DNA of 64,000 nucleotides, from the NCBI GenBank assembly GCA_028697015.1, contig JAQVFW010000001.1:67603-131602 (forward strand), read 5' to 3'. Position numbers and translations under genes: made by a program. Positions within the stretch are counted from its first letter, which is position 1. The number at the start of each line of letters is the position of its first letter. Below the pieces are notes generated by a model that saw nothing but the letters and a program-made list of their open reading frames with translations, was not told the origin of the DNA and did not search any database. Shown here piece by piece: positions 28,474 to 38,194 of the stretch. The DNA comes from Minisyncoccota bacterium (GTDB lineage: Bacteria; Patescibacteriota; Minisyncoccia; Minisyncoccales; GWA2-38-27).

Positions 28474-29436
28474 ATGATACCACTACCTTTAAAATCAACC
28501 CTTATTGAGGAAAAAAAGAATTTAGTTCATCTTGAGGTGGATGGCCTTTATCCTGGCTATGGGACAACAATTGGGAACACTTTAAGAAGAGTTCTTATGT
28601 CTTCTTTGCAGGGAGCAGCCGTTACGAAGGTAAAGATAAAAGGGGTTCAGCATGAATTTTCAACGATTCCAGGGGTTCTTGAGGATGTTATTTCCATAAT
28701 AATGAATATAAAGCAAATGAGGTTTAAATTGCATACGGATGAGCCACAGAAAGCTATTCTTAGCGTAAAAGGGGAAAAGAAAGCCAAAGGTTCCGATTTC
28801 AAGGTTTCAAGCCAAATGGAATTGATAAATAAAGATTGCCACATAGCTACTCTTACTTCAAAGAAATCAGAAATTGAAATGGAGCTTACGGTTGAAAAAG
28901 GAATTGGCTATGAGATGGTTGAACAAAGAAAAGAGCAAAAGAAGCTTGAAATAGGAGTTATTCCAATAGATGCGATTTTTTCTCCAGTAAAAAGAATAAG
29001 CTTTAGAGTGGAGAACATGAGAGTAAAAGACAGAACCGATTTTGAACGCCTTTTTCTTGATATAGAAACCGACGGTACAGTTGAACCTAAGGAAGTTTTT
29101 TTAAATGCAACTGAAATATTAATTGACCATTTTTCATCAATTAAGAATTCTCTTCAAGGAGAAGAAAAGAAAGAGAAGGAAGAAAAAAAAGATAAGAAAA
29201 CCGATAAAAAAGAAGAAAGAAAAGAAGAGAAAGAAGATTCTAGTAAAAAGCAAATAAGCGATCTTAATATATCCCAAAGAACAGTTTCTGTTTTAGGTAA
29301 TGGCAATATTAAGACGATTGCAGGAATTCTTCGAAAAAGCGAAGATGATTTAATGGCTTTAGAAGGGATGGGAGAAAAAGGTTTAAAAGAAATAAAGAAA
29401 GCCCTTAAAAAATTGGGCTTGGAGTTGAAAGCATGA
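28474..29436 (+). CDS. rpoA: DNA-directed RNA polymerase alpha subunit with Lys/Glu-rich expanded inter-domain linker
   Basis: NTD motif (PGYGTTIGNTLRRVLMSS), CTD helix-hairpin-helix region (LNISQRTVSVLGNGNIKTIAGIL), and position after rpsD. Confidence 0.93.
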   Translation: MIPLPLKSTLIEEKKNLVHLEVDGLYPGYGTTIGNTLRRVLMSSLQGAAVTKVKIKGVQHEFSTIPGVLEDVISIIMNIKQMRFKLHTDEPQKAILSVKGEKKAKGSDFKVSSQMELINKDCHIATLTSKKSEIEMELTVEKGIGYEMVEQRKEQKKLEIGVIPIDAIFSPVKRISFRVENMRVKDRTDFERLFLDIETDGTVEPKEVFLNATEILIDHFSSIKNSLQGEEKKEKEEKKDKKTDKKEERKEEKEDSSKKQISDLNISQRTVSVLGNGNIKTIAGILRKSEDDLMALEGMGEKGLKEIKKALKKLGLELKA

Positions 29437-29789
29437 AAAAGAAAAAAGTTGGAAGAAAATTTGGGAGGGAAAAAGCGCAGAGAAAAGCTTTACTAAAATC
29501 TTTAACAAGGGAGCTTTTTGTTCGTGAAAAAATAAAGACCACAGAAGGAAAGGCCAAAGAAGCTCTTCCTATTGTTGAGAATATTATTACAAAGGCGAAA
29601 AAAGGAGATTTGCATTCTCGCAGAATTTTACTTGAAAGTTTTGATAAAAAAGTGGTTAAGAAAATAATAGAAGATGTTGCTCCAAGATATAAGGAAAAAA
29701 GCGGTGGATATGCCAGAGTTATTAAACTTGGACAAAGAAAATCCGATGGTGCCAAAATGGCTAATTTGGAATTAATTAAGAATAAATAA
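29433..29789 (+). CDS. rplQ: 50S ribosomal protein L17
   Basis: GRKFGREKAQRKALLKSLTRELF...GGYARV is an L17 pattern. Confidence 0.9.
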   Translation: MKKKKVGRKFGREKAQRKALLKSLTRELFVREKIKTTEGKAKEALPIVENIITKAKKGDLHSRRILLESFDKKVVKKIIEDVAPRYKEKSGGYARVIKLGQRKSDGAKMANLELIKNK

Positions 29790-29790
29790 A

Positions 29791-30147
29791 ATGGAGAGGG
29801 AAACACATACAATAGACGCAAAAGACAGACCTCTTGGACGATTGGCAACAGAGATTGCCGTTCTTCTTAGGGGAAAAGAAAAAGAGTCATTTGCCCCAAA
29901 TAAGGATATAGGGGGTTTTGTGGTTGTTAAAAACATAAAAAGGATTGTTTTTACTGGAAAAAAATTCGACAAGAAAATTTATTACCGTCATACTGGTTAT
30001 ATGGGAGGATTGAAAGAAACTCCTTTAAAAAATCTTTTTGAAAATAATCCGGGAGAAGTTTTAAGAAAGGCTGTTTATGGAATGCTTCCTGTAAATAAAT
30101 TAAGAGCCAAACAAATAAAACGATTAAAAATAGAAGACAATGGTTAA
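29791..30147 (+). CDS. rplM: 50S ribosomal protein L13 (short)
   Basis: IDAKDRPLGRLATEIAVLLRGK...YYRHTGYMGGLK motif. Confidence 0.9.
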   Translation: MERETHTIDAKDRPLGRLATEIAVLLRGKEKESFAPNKDIGGFVVVKNIKRIVFTGKKFDKKIYYRHTGYMGGLKETPLKNLFENNPGEVLRKAVYGMLPVNKLRAKQIKRLKIEDNG

Positions 30148-30553
30148 AACAACTGAAGAAAAAAAGAAGACATATTTTGAAGCAGTCGGGAAAAGAAAAA
30201 GATCTGCGGCAAGAGTTAGAATTTTTCCGGACGGCAAGGGTTTTTTGGTCAATGAAAAAGAAAATAAGGAATATTTTTCTCGTCCAGAACTTGAAGAAAA
30301 AGCCGCTTCTCCTCTTACAAAAATGAAGGTTTTAAGCAAGTTTGGCGTTATTGCGAAAGTAAGCGGAGGAGGCATTGTGGGACAAGCGGAAGCAATAAGG
30401 CATGGAATTTCAAGAGCCCTTGTTGATTTTAATCCTGAATTTAGAAAACGCCTTAGAAGAGCAGGCTTTCTTACAAGAGATCCTCGAAAAAGAGAAAGAA
30501 AGAAATTCGGATTAAGAAGAGCCAGGAGAGCTCGTCAGTGGAGAAAGAGATAA
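30140..30553 (+). CDS. rpsI: 30S ribosomal protein S9
   Basis: GKRKRSAARVRI...GGG..GQAEAIRHGISRAL...LTRD.R..ERKK.G...ARR..Q..KR motif. Confidence 0.93.
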   Translation: MVKTTEEKKKTYFEAVGKRKRSAARVRIFPDGKGFLVNEKENKEYFSRPELEEKAASPLTKMKVLSKFGVIAKVSGGGIVGQAEAIRHGISRALVDFNPEFRKRLRRAGFLTRDPRKRERKKFGLRRARRARQWRKR

Positions 30554-30570
30554 TATTTGTTTAAATTTTA

Positions 30571-30599
30571 AAAACCGTCAAAGAAATTTGGCGGTTTTT
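30571..30599. terminator. Bidirectional terminator between convergent rpsI and the 30602-31954 gene
   Basis: AAAACCGTC-(10 nt)-GGCGGTTTT, flanked by an A-tract and a T-tract. Confidence 0.6.
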
Positions 30600-30601
30600 A
30601 T

Positions 30602-31954
30602 TTAGAATATCAAACTCTCGGAGATGTATAAAAATCCCTCAGAAAGAACAAAAAGCTTTCTGTTTATTTTACTCCAAAAAATTTCAGGTTCTTTGAATTC
30701 TGCAAGGTCAAAAATATTTATCTTGTTTCTATTGTCTATTTCCATTATTTTTATTTTGTCAGAAAGAGCGAAGATAAGATAATGGTCCGTCCACCAGTAT
30801 ATTTCTTTTATTTTTTCAGAAAATCGGGAAAGAAAAATAATTTCTTCTTTTTCTCTTTGCGGCTGGTCATACTGCTGTTTCTGAAAAAATATTCTTATTT
30901 CATGATTTCCGGCAAAAAGAGTTTTTCCTTTGTCGTTTGAAACTTTAATTTGCTCTATTGAATCAAGAAAATGATCGAATTTTTCTTCTTCCGGGTTAAA
31001 GCGGTAGAGTTTATCATTTTCTTTTATATAAAAAATTGAATCAATAATTAAAATATCATAATTTGAAGAATTTATTTCCAAAGGAGTTTCGTTTATTTTT
31101 TCTTTTTCAAGGTTGTTTTTTGTAACAAACCCCTTATTGTCAAGATAAATATTTTCATTTTCCAGGACTAAAACCGAAAGAATGTCTTTGCTTATGACTT
31201 CTGTTTTTTCAGAAAACAGATTTTTTTTGTAAAAGGAGCCGTTTTTTAAAAGATAAATAACATCTCTATTTTTAGGGTCAAATATTATTTCTTCTTTTTT
31301 TACGGGTTCTTTTATTCCAAAAGAAACAGGAGTAAGAGAGAGTGTTTCAATAATAAGAAGAAGCCAGTCGCTTTTTGTTTTTAAGAGAATTCTTTCGGAA
31401 TCTGGGAAAAAAAGAAGGTCTTCTACTTCAGATGAAGTTCTGGCTAAAACCTGCTGCCTGTTTGTTTGCAAGTTATATAAATTTATTTCTCTTCCTTTTA
31501 TAAAAACAATTCCTTTTTCATCGGGAGAAATATAAAATTTATCCACTTTTTCAGAGATTAATCCGAAATAAGGGTTTTTCTTAACGAGAGTTATATTTTT
31601 GAGTTCCGTTATTTCTCCGGGATTTACATTTAATCTTTTTTCAAAAGAATAAAAACCGTCTTTTTTTACCGTTATGCCATATTCTTTCGGAAGAATATTT
31701 TCGATGTATATTGTATTAAAAAGAGTTTTCTTTTCTATTAATTCTTCTTCTATTTCTTTGTCTTTGTATATGGGGACAAGAGATATATCAACTCCTCGGG
31801 GCCATATTCTGAAATAAAAAGAACCTGCCCTGATTATTCTTTTTTCAAGCGAGTCAATTCGCCAACCCAGAGAATAAAAAATCACCGGAATTATGGTAAA
31901 GATACAGGCAAGGGATATTAATATAAGTAGTAGTGTTCTTTTTTTTCTAGTCAT
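30602..31954 (-). CDS. Hypothetical membrane-anchored protein (450 aa), possible PEGA-like domain followed by repeat/beta-rich domain
   Basis: An N-terminal TM helix (LLLILISLACIFTIIPVIFY). The segment GITVKKDGFYSFEKRLNVNPGEITELKNITL resembles a PEGA fold signature. The remainder is unassigned. Confidence 0.5.
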   Translation of the reverse strand: MTRKKRTLLLILISLACIFTIIPVIFYSLGWRIDSLEKRIIRAGSFYFRIWPRGVDISLVPIYKDKEIEEELIEKKTLFNTIYIENILPKEYGITVKKDGFYSFEKRLNVNPGEITELKNITLVKKNPYFGLISEKVDKFYISPDEKGIVFIKGREINLYNLQTNRQQVLARTSSEVEDLLFFPDSERILLKTKSDWLLLIIETLSLTPVSFGIKEPVKKEEIIFDPKNRDVIYLLKNGSFYKKNLFSEKTEVISKDILSVLVLENENIYLDNKGFVTKNNLEKEKINETPLEINSSNYDILIIDSIFYIKENDKLYRFNPEEEKFDHFLDSIEQIKVSNDKGKTLFAGNHEIRIFFQKQQYDQPQREKEEIIFLSRFSEKIKEIYWWTDHYLIFALSDKIKIMEIDNRNKINIFDLAEFKEPEIFWSKINRKLFVLSEGFLYISESLIF

Positions 31955-32022
31955 ATTCGCTAATATTACCTTAAAAATCCAAACTTGCCAAGAATAAAAA
32001 ATTAAGTTATTATGGTTTTGAT

Positions 32023-33306
32023 ATGGATGAAAAATTTATTATTCAAGGCGGTCGTCCTCTTAAGGGAGAGGTTAAAATTAGAGGAGCAAAGAACGCGGCT
32101 TTTCCAATAATAGCCGCTTCTCTTCTTACGAAAGAGGATTGCTTTATAGATAATATTCCGCTTATAGAAGATGTTTTTAAAATGCTTGAAATAATGGAAA
32201 ATATTGGAGCAAAGGTTACTTGGCTTGGAGAAAGAAAGATTAAATTAAATTGCAAAGATATTGATCCTTTAAAACTTCCTTTTAATATTATAAGCCGCCT
32301 TCGAGGATCTGTCTTAATATTAGGCCCCCTTCTTGCGCGGTTCAAAGAGATAAAAATTGTATCTCCAGGAGGATGTGTAATTGGATCAAGGCCCATAGAT
32401 ACCCACCTTGACGCTTTATCCCAGTCAGGAGTAAAAATTGAACAAAGGGGGCGTTTTTTCTACTTTAACGCGAAGAAAGAAAAAGAAGGAAAAACCGAAA
32501 TTGTTTTAAGTGAATTTAGCGTGACGGCAACCGAAAATATTCTTCTTTTCTCTTCTCTTAAAGACAAAGAAACGATTCTTAAAATAGCAGATGAAGATTA
32601 TCAAGTGCAAGAACTTATTAATGTTTTAATAAAAATGGGCGCGCAACTGAAATCTCTCGGATGCCATAGTTTTAGAATTAAAGGAAAGAGAAATCTTAAG
32701 GGATTTTCCCATAAAATTATTCCTGATCCTATCGAAGCGGGAACATTTATTGTGGCTTCCCTTATTACAAAAGGAAAAGTTCTCGTTAAAAACGCGGGAA
32801 CCCCGTTTTTGACTCTTTTTCTAAGAAAGCTGGAAAAATCTGGAGCGGTTTTAAAGGTTTTAAAAGATGATTCAGTAAAGGTTTTTCCTTCTTCTAATCT
32901 CAAAATAGAAAAAATACAAAGTTCTATTTACCCTGGCATTCATTCTGACCTTCAGCCAGTATTGGGGGTTCTTGCTACTCAATGCAAGGGGCCAACTCTT
33001 ATCCATGACCCTCTATACGAAGGACGATTAAAATATTTGGAGGGGCTTAATAAAATGGGAGCGGATATCGTTTTTTGTGACCCCCATAGAGCGATAGTAA
33101 ATGGTCCTAGTCAGCTTTATAGAACGGAAATACCTTCTCTTGATCTAAGAGCCGGAGCGGCTCTCGTTATAGCCGGACTTGCCGCAAAAGGGAAAAGCAT
33201 TCTTAATAATATTTATCAGATTGACAGAGGTTATGAAAAAATAGAAGAGCGTCTTTTGCTACTGGGTGCTGAAATCAAAAGGCAAAAAGAAACAAATAAC
33301 GAATAA
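32023..33306 (+). CDS. murA: UDP-N-acetylglucosamine 1-carboxyvinyltransferase
   Basis: I.GG.PLKGEV.I.GAKNAA, the active-site loop SPGGCVIGSRPID and GAALVIAGLAA. Confidence 0.93.
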   Translation: MDEKFIIQGGRPLKGEVKIRGAKNAAFPIIAASLLTKEDCFIDNIPLIEDVFKMLEIMENIGAKVTWLGERKIKLNCKDIDPLKLPFNIISRLRGSVLILGPLLARFKEIKIVSPGGCVIGSRPIDTHLDALSQSGVKIEQRGRFFYFNAKKEKEGKTEIVLSEFSVTATENILLFSSLKDKETILKIADEDYQVQELINVLIKMGAQLKSLGCHSFRIKGKRNLKGFSHKIIPDPIEAGTFIVASLITKGKVLVKNAGTPFLTLFLRKLEKSGAVLKVLKDDSVKVFPSSNLKIEKIQSSIYPGIHSDLQPVLGVLATQCKGPTLIHDPLYEGRLKYLEGLNKMGADIVFCDPHRAIVNGPSQLYRTEIPSLDLRAGAALVIAGLAAKGKSILNNIYQIDRGYEKIEERLLLLGAEIKRQKETNNE

Positions 33307-33331
33307 TAAAAAGAATTTTTAAAAAAAGAAT

Positions 33332-34339
33332 ATGTTTGTTCAAAAAATAGGAATTGATCTTGGTACCTGCAACTCAATTGTTTTTATTCCCAAAAAGGGA
33401 ATAGTTTTAAACGAACCTTCCGTTGTCGCGGTCGGCCTTTTTGAAAACAGAATTCTTGCTGTTGGAAAAGAAGCAAAAGAAATGACCGGTAAAACGCCCG
33501 ATACTATAAAAGTTTATAGGCCATTAAGAGACGGAGTTATTGCCGATTATAGGGTAACTGAAGCGATGATTAAGTATTTTATTAATAAGACAGCAGGTAA
33601 GTTTAGAATTTTAAAACCGGAGCTTGTTGTCGGAGTTCCTGCGGGAATAACTTCGACAGAAAGAAGAGCTGTTATTGAAGCTGGAATGTCTGCCGGAGCG
33701 AAAGCAGTATATGTCGTCAAAGAGCCGATACTTGCCGCCATAGGAGCGGGCATACCGATAGAATCTTGCTCAGGCCACATGATTGTCGATATTGGTGGAG
33801 GAACGGCAGAAGTTGCCGTTATATCGTTGGGCGGGATAGTAAAGAGCAAATCGCTTAGAGTTGCCGGAGACAAGATAGACAGGGCTATTTCAAGTTATAT
33901 TAAAAGAAAATACAATTTGGCGATTGGAGAGCAAACAGCTGAAGAAATAAAGATGAAAATAGGGACGGCTATTTTAGATAAAAAACCTCTCTTCCTTGAA
34001 ATAAGAGGAGGGGATTTAGTGTCCGGATTGCCGAAGAACATTAAAATTTCTTCAAATGAGATTTGCGAAGCCACGGCGGAACGGCTTTCGGAAATTATTC
34101 AAGTTATAAAACAGGTTTTAAAGGAAACTCCTCCTGAAATTGCCGCTGATATTATAGATAAGGGAATGGTTTTATCGGGAGGCGGAGCTCTTTTTAGAAA
34201 TATTGACCGTCTTATTTCTCAGGCGACTGGAGTTCCTTGCTTTGTAGCAGATGAAGCACTTCTTTGTGTCGCAAAGGGAGCGGGAATAGCGATAAATAAT
34301 CTTGAGGATTACAAAAGAAGCATTATGACAAAAAAATAA
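33332..34339 (+). CDS. mreB: Actin-like rod-shape protein MreB (paralog 1)
   Basis: IGIDLGTCNSIVF, NEPSVVAV, RPLRDGVIADY, VDIGGGTAEVAVISLGG and LSGGGALFRNID motifs. Confidence 0.9.
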   Translation: MFVQKIGIDLGTCNSIVFIPKKGIVLNEPSVVAVGLFENRILAVGKEAKEMTGKTPDTIKVYRPLRDGVIADYRVTEAMIKYFINKTAGKFRILKPELVVGVPAGITSTERRAVIEAGMSAGAKAVYVVKEPILAAIGAGIPIESCSGHMIVDIGGGTAEVAVISLGGIVKSKSLRVAGDKIDRAISSYIKRKYNLAIGEQTAEEIKMKIGTAILDKKPLFLEIRGGDLVSGLPKNIKISSNEICEATAERLSEIIQVIKQVLKETPPEIAADIIDKGMVLSGGGALFRNIDRLISQATGVPCFVADEALLCVAKGAGIAINNLEDYKRSIMTKK

Positions 34340-34352
34340 TTAATATAAAGAT

Positions 34353-35252
34353 ATGATTATTGGTCATAAAAAACAATGGCAGTTTTTTCAGAAAATGAAA
34401 AAAACAGAAGAAATTCCTCATGCTTTTCTTTTTTCAGGCGAGGAGAAATTAGGAAAAAAATGCTTGTCTTTGGAAATTTCAGCTCTTTTAAATTGTAGCG
34501 CAAATAAAGAAGAACCTTGCAATATTTGCTCTTCTTGCAGGGCGATCTCAAAAAGGATTCATCCAGATATTCACATAATAGAAGAGAGTAAGGAAATAAA
34601 AATAGGAGAAATAAGGCGCTTTATCGAGAATCTTTCATTCAAGCCGTCCTTGGGAAATTTTAAAGTGGGAGTAATTGACAATGCTCATCTGATGACAAGA
34701 GAATCGCAAAATTGCCTTTTGAAAACCCTTGAAGAACCTACGGGGAATACAGTATTTTTTCTTATAACGGAATATCCTGATTTTCTTCTTAAGACGGTTC
34801 TTTCCCGTCTTTGGAAAATGAGATTTTTCCCAGTAGGGAATGATGAAATGAAAAAATATCTGGAGATAGAAAATATAAACGGAAAGACAACAGAGAATTT
34901 ACTTAATCTTTCCTTTGGGAGACCAGGAATTCTTTTTAATCTTTTAGAAGATAAAGAAAAAGAAAAAAAAGATTATTTAACGGATTTAGAAATTGAAAAA
35001 GTTTCTTCTGCTTCCTTTTTTTCCCGCCTTAAATATGCAAAAGATATTTCAGAAAAAGAAGATATGGTTGAAATTTTAAAAAAGTGGATTGATCATTTCA
35101 GGAAAAAGATTTTTGCCCCGTCCGTCTCTTTCTCTGACTTTCAAATAGCAAAAGAAAACTTAAAGCTTATTCTTGATGCCAAATTTCTAATAATGACAAC
35201 AAACGTTAATCAAAAATTATTATTCGAGAATTTATTAATTAATATTAAATAA
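34353..35252 (+). CDS. holB: DNA polymerase III delta-prime subunit
   Basis: HAFLFSGEEKLGKK, the zinc module CNICSSC and the SRLWKMRF (SRC-like) motif. Confidence 0.8.
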   Translation: MIIGHKKQWQFFQKMKKTEEIPHAFLFSGEEKLGKKCLSLEISALLNCSANKEEPCNICSSCRAISKRIHPDIHIIEESKEIKIGEIRRFIENLSFKPSLGNFKVGVIDNAHLMTRESQNCLLKTLEEPTGNTVFFLITEYPDFLLKTVLSRLWKMRFFPVGNDEMKKYLEIENINGKTTENLLNLSFGRPGILFNLLEDKEKEKKDYLTDLEIEKVSSASFFSRLKYAKDISEKEDMVEILKKWIDHFRKKIFAPSVSFSDFQIAKENLKLILDAKFLIMTTNVNQKLLFENLLINIK

Positions 35253-35265
35253 AAAGCAATTAATT

Positions 35266-35820
35266 ATGTATAAAGAAATTATTGAAAGTATAAAGCCGGA
35301 AATGGAAAAAGCCCTTGCTTTTTTAGATGCTGAATTTTCAAAAATCAGAACTGGCAGGGCGAATCCTTCGTTAGTTGAGGATATGTCAGTTGATTGTTTT
35401 AATGAAAAATTTCCCTTAAAACAACTTGGGGCAATCTCTCTTTTTGATTCAAAGACCCTTGTTATCCAGCCGTGGGATAAATCTTATATCGAGGGGATTG
35501 TCTCTTCTCTTTCAAAGTCAGGTCTTGGCCTTTCCGTTGTTTTGGATAAGGATATTATTAGAGTTTCTTTGCCTTCTCTTAGTAATGAATACAGGGAAGA
35601 ACTAAAGCGCCTTATTTCCTTAAAACACGAGGAAATAAGGAAATCTATCAGGAAATGGAGAGAAGAAGCCTGGGGAAAAATACAGGAAAAAACTCGCCTT
35701 GGAGAAATAAGAGAAGATGATAAATTCAGAGCAAAGGACGAGCTTCAAAAAATTGTAGACGATTATAATAAAAAAGCCGAAGAAAGGAAAGAAAGAAAAA
35801 TAAAGGAAATTAACGAGTGA
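35266..35820 (+). CDS. frr: Ribosome recycling factor
   Basis: F.KIRTGRANPSLVEDM.V, PWDKS and IRVSLP.L..E.R..L motifs. Confidence 0.93.
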   Translation: MYKEIIESIKPEMEKALAFLDAEFSKIRTGRANPSLVEDMSVDCFNEKFPLKQLGAISLFDSKTLVIQPWDKSYIEGIVSSLSKSGLGLSVVLDKDIIRVSLPSLSNEYREELKRLISLKHEEIRKSIRKWREEAWGKIQEKTRLGEIREDDKFRAKDELQKIVDDYNKKAEERKERKIKEINE

Positions 35821-36944
35821 TGACATTTTTTTTAACCCTTTTAATATTTATTTTTATAATCGGTTTTTTGATTTTTTCCCATGAGCTTGGACATTTTATT
35901 GCCGCTAAATCCGCCGGACTTCTTGTTGAAGAATTTGCCCTTGGTTTTCCTCCGAATATTTTTTCAAAGAAAATAGGAGAAACAAAATATTCAATTAATC
36001 TTATTCCTTTCGGTGGATATGTTAAAATATACGGAGAAGATCCCGACGAAGATTCAACAAAAAACGAAAGAAGCTTTTATTGCCAAAAGCCGATTGTAAA
36101 AGCAAAAGTTTTAATAGCAGGTGTTTTTGCAAATATCTTGGTTGCTGCTTTTATTTTTTATATCGTTCTTTCTTTTTCCGGATTTAAATGGAATGTATTT
36201 TTGCCGTTTGATTATAACTTTATATTTGGCAAACAATCGCAAGTGCCTTTAATAGTTACTGTTCTTGAGAATTCTCCAGCTGAAGAATCTGGATTGAAAG
36301 AAGGAGAAATGGTTTTATCGGTGAACGGACTTTCTGTTTCAACAAGAGAAGATTTTGTAAAATATGTGAATATAGACAAAGAAAAAGTAGTTCTGGCTTT
36401 ACGCGATGTTCGTTCTAAAGAAGAAAGAGAGGTTGAAATTATTCCAAAAGAGGAAGACGGAACTTATTTTATAGGAGTTCTTCTCAGTAATGTAACAGAA
36501 ATTAAATATGAGTCATTTAATAAGGTTTTTTCCGGTTTTCTGCATGCCGTAAATATGACTCATCTATCTTTTTATTCTCTGGCTAAACTTACCTACACTT
36601 CTATTGGAGAAAAAACAGTAGAACCCTTTAGAGATTCTACTGCCGGAGTAGTTGGAATTTTTGCCATTACCCACATTGTAATGAAGGAAGGGATTATAGA
36701 ATTATTAAATATGGCGGCTCTTATTTCCATAGGTCTTGCAGTCGTCAATATTTTGCCTATTCCTGCTCTTGACGGAGGTCGGCTGGTTTTTGTCATATAT
36801 GAGGCTGTTTCCAGAAGAAAAACTTCTCCCAATTTTGAAAGAAATCTTAATCTTGCCGGTTTTGCATTCTTGATTCTACTTATAATTACCATAACCTATA
36901 ACGATATAATTCGCTTTGGAGGACTTATAAAGGGAATGTTTTAA
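35817..36944 (+). CDS. rseP: RIP metalloprotease RseP (M50 with PDZ)
   Basis: HELGHF in TM1, a PDZ-like segment (SPAEESGLKEGEMVLSVNG), and NILPIPALDGGR. Confidence 0.85.
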   Translation: MMTFFLTLLIFIFIIGFLIFSHELGHFIAAKSAGLLVEEFALGFPPNIFSKKIGETKYSINLIPFGGYVKIYGEDPDEDSTKNERSFYCQKPIVKAKVLIAGVFANILVAAFIFYIVLSFSGFKWNVFLPFDYNFIFGKQSQVPLIVTVLENSPAEESGLKEGEMVLSVNGLSVSTREDFVKYVNIDKEKVVLALRDVRSKEEREVEIIPKEEDGTYFIGVLLSNVTEIKYESFNKVFSGFLHAVNMTHLSFYSLAKLTYTSIGEKTVEPFRDSTAGVVGIFAITHIVMKEGIIELLNMAALISIGLAVVNILPIPALDGGRLVFVIYEAVSRRKTSPNFERNLNLAGFAFLILLIITITYNDIIRFGGLIKGMF

Positions 36945-36961
36945 TAATAAATGTAAAGAAA

Positions 36962-38194
36962 ATGAGACAATCAAAACTTTTCAGCAAAGTATTGAGAGAA
37001 GAACCAAAAGACGAAAAAAGTATTAACGCCAAGCTTCTTGTAAGAGCTGGTTTTGTTGACAAACTAATGGCCGGAGTTTATTCTTTTCTTCCTCTTGGAA
37101 ATTTTGTTTTAAAGAAAATAGAAAATATTATTCGTGAAGAAATGCTTAAAGTTGACGCTTTCGAAGTTTTTTTACCGACTCTTCATCCGAAAGAAAACTG
37201 GCAAAAAACCGGACGTTGGGAAAAAATGGACGATTTGTACAAACTCAAAGTTGAAGACAAAGAATTTGCCCTTGGACCGACCCATGAAGAAGTAATTTCT
37301 CCCTTAGTAAAAAAGTTTTTGTCTTCCTATAAAGATATGCCCCTTAATTTATTTCAATTTCAAAATAAATTTAGAAATGAAAAGAGGGCAAAATCGGGAT
37401 TGCTTAGGGGTCGGGAATTTTTAATGAAAGACCTTTATTCTTTTAACTCTTCAGAAGAAGAATTGGAAAATTATTATGAGAAGATTAAACAAGCTTACAA
37501 AAATATTTTTCAAAGATGCGGTATTTGGGAAAAAACTTATCTTACTCTTGCAAGCGGAGGAAGTTTTTCAAAATTTTCCCACGAATATCAAACTTTAACG
37601 CAAGCAGGGGAGGATATAATATATATATGTAAGAAATGTAATCTTGCCATTAATAAGGAAATTATAGACATAGAAGAAGGAAAATGCTTTCAGTGTAAAA
37701 ATAGTAATTTGAAAGAGGAAAAGGCGGTTGAGGTTGGAAATATATTCAAACTTAATGAAAAGTATAGTAAACCTTTTGATCTTTCTTTTACGGATAAAAA
37801 TGGAAAGAAGAAATTTGTTTTAATGGGATGCTACGGAATAGGCCTTTCCCGACTGATGGGAACAATTGTTGAGGTTCATCATGACAACAAAGGGATTATC
37901 TGGCCAAAAGAAGTTTCTCCTTTTAAATTTCACTTGATTGAAATAGGCAAAAGCGGTAAAGTAAAGGAAATTGCGAATGAAATTTATCAGTTTGATGAGG
38001 AAAATATCCTTTATGACGACAGAGAAGACAAATCAGCTGGTGAAAAATTTGCCGAGGCAGATTTGATAGGCATAAGTTTAAGGATTATAGTAAGCGATAA
38101 AACGGCTGAAAAAGAAAGTGTGGAAATAAAGGAAAGGGGAGAAGAATTCTCAAAAGTTATAAAGAAAGACGAAATCAAAAAAATAATCAAATGA
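36962..38194 (+). CDS. proS: Prolyl-tRNA synthetase, minimal bacterial-like form lacking the INS editing domain
   Basis: MRQSKLF...LVRAGF.....G.Y..LPLG start, class II motifs (FRNEKRAKSGLLRGREFLMKD; GCYGIGLSRL), and only 410 aa. Confidence 0.9.
   Translation: MRQSKLFSKVLREEPKDEKSINAKLLVRAGFVDKLMAGVYSFLPLGNFVLKKIENIIREEMLKVDAFEVFLPTLHPKENWQKTGRWEKMDDLYKLKVEDKEFALGPTHEEVISPLVKKFLSSYKDMPLNLFQFQNKFRNEKRAKSGLLRGREFLMKDLYSFNSSEEELENYYEKIKQAYKNIFQRCGIWEKTYLTLASGGSFSKFSHEYQTLTQAGEDIIYICKKCNLAINKEIIDIEEGKCFQCKNSNLKEEKAVEVGNIFKLNEKYSKPFDLSFTDKNGKKKFVLMGCYGIGLSRLMGTIVEVHHDNKGIIWPKEVSPFKFHLIEIGKSGKVKEIANEIYQFDEENILYDDREDKSAGEKFAEADLIGISLRIIVSDKTAEKESVEIKERGEEFSKVIKKDEIKKIIK

Noticed and set aside
29158-29253. 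Purine-rich AAG/GAA runs (also 11160-11335 and 9241-9390) as possible tandem-repeat or non-coding repeat loci.
   Set aside because: They are in frame within conserved genes and encode Lys/Glu-rich linkers or tails, so this is compositional low complexity rather than discrete repeat units.
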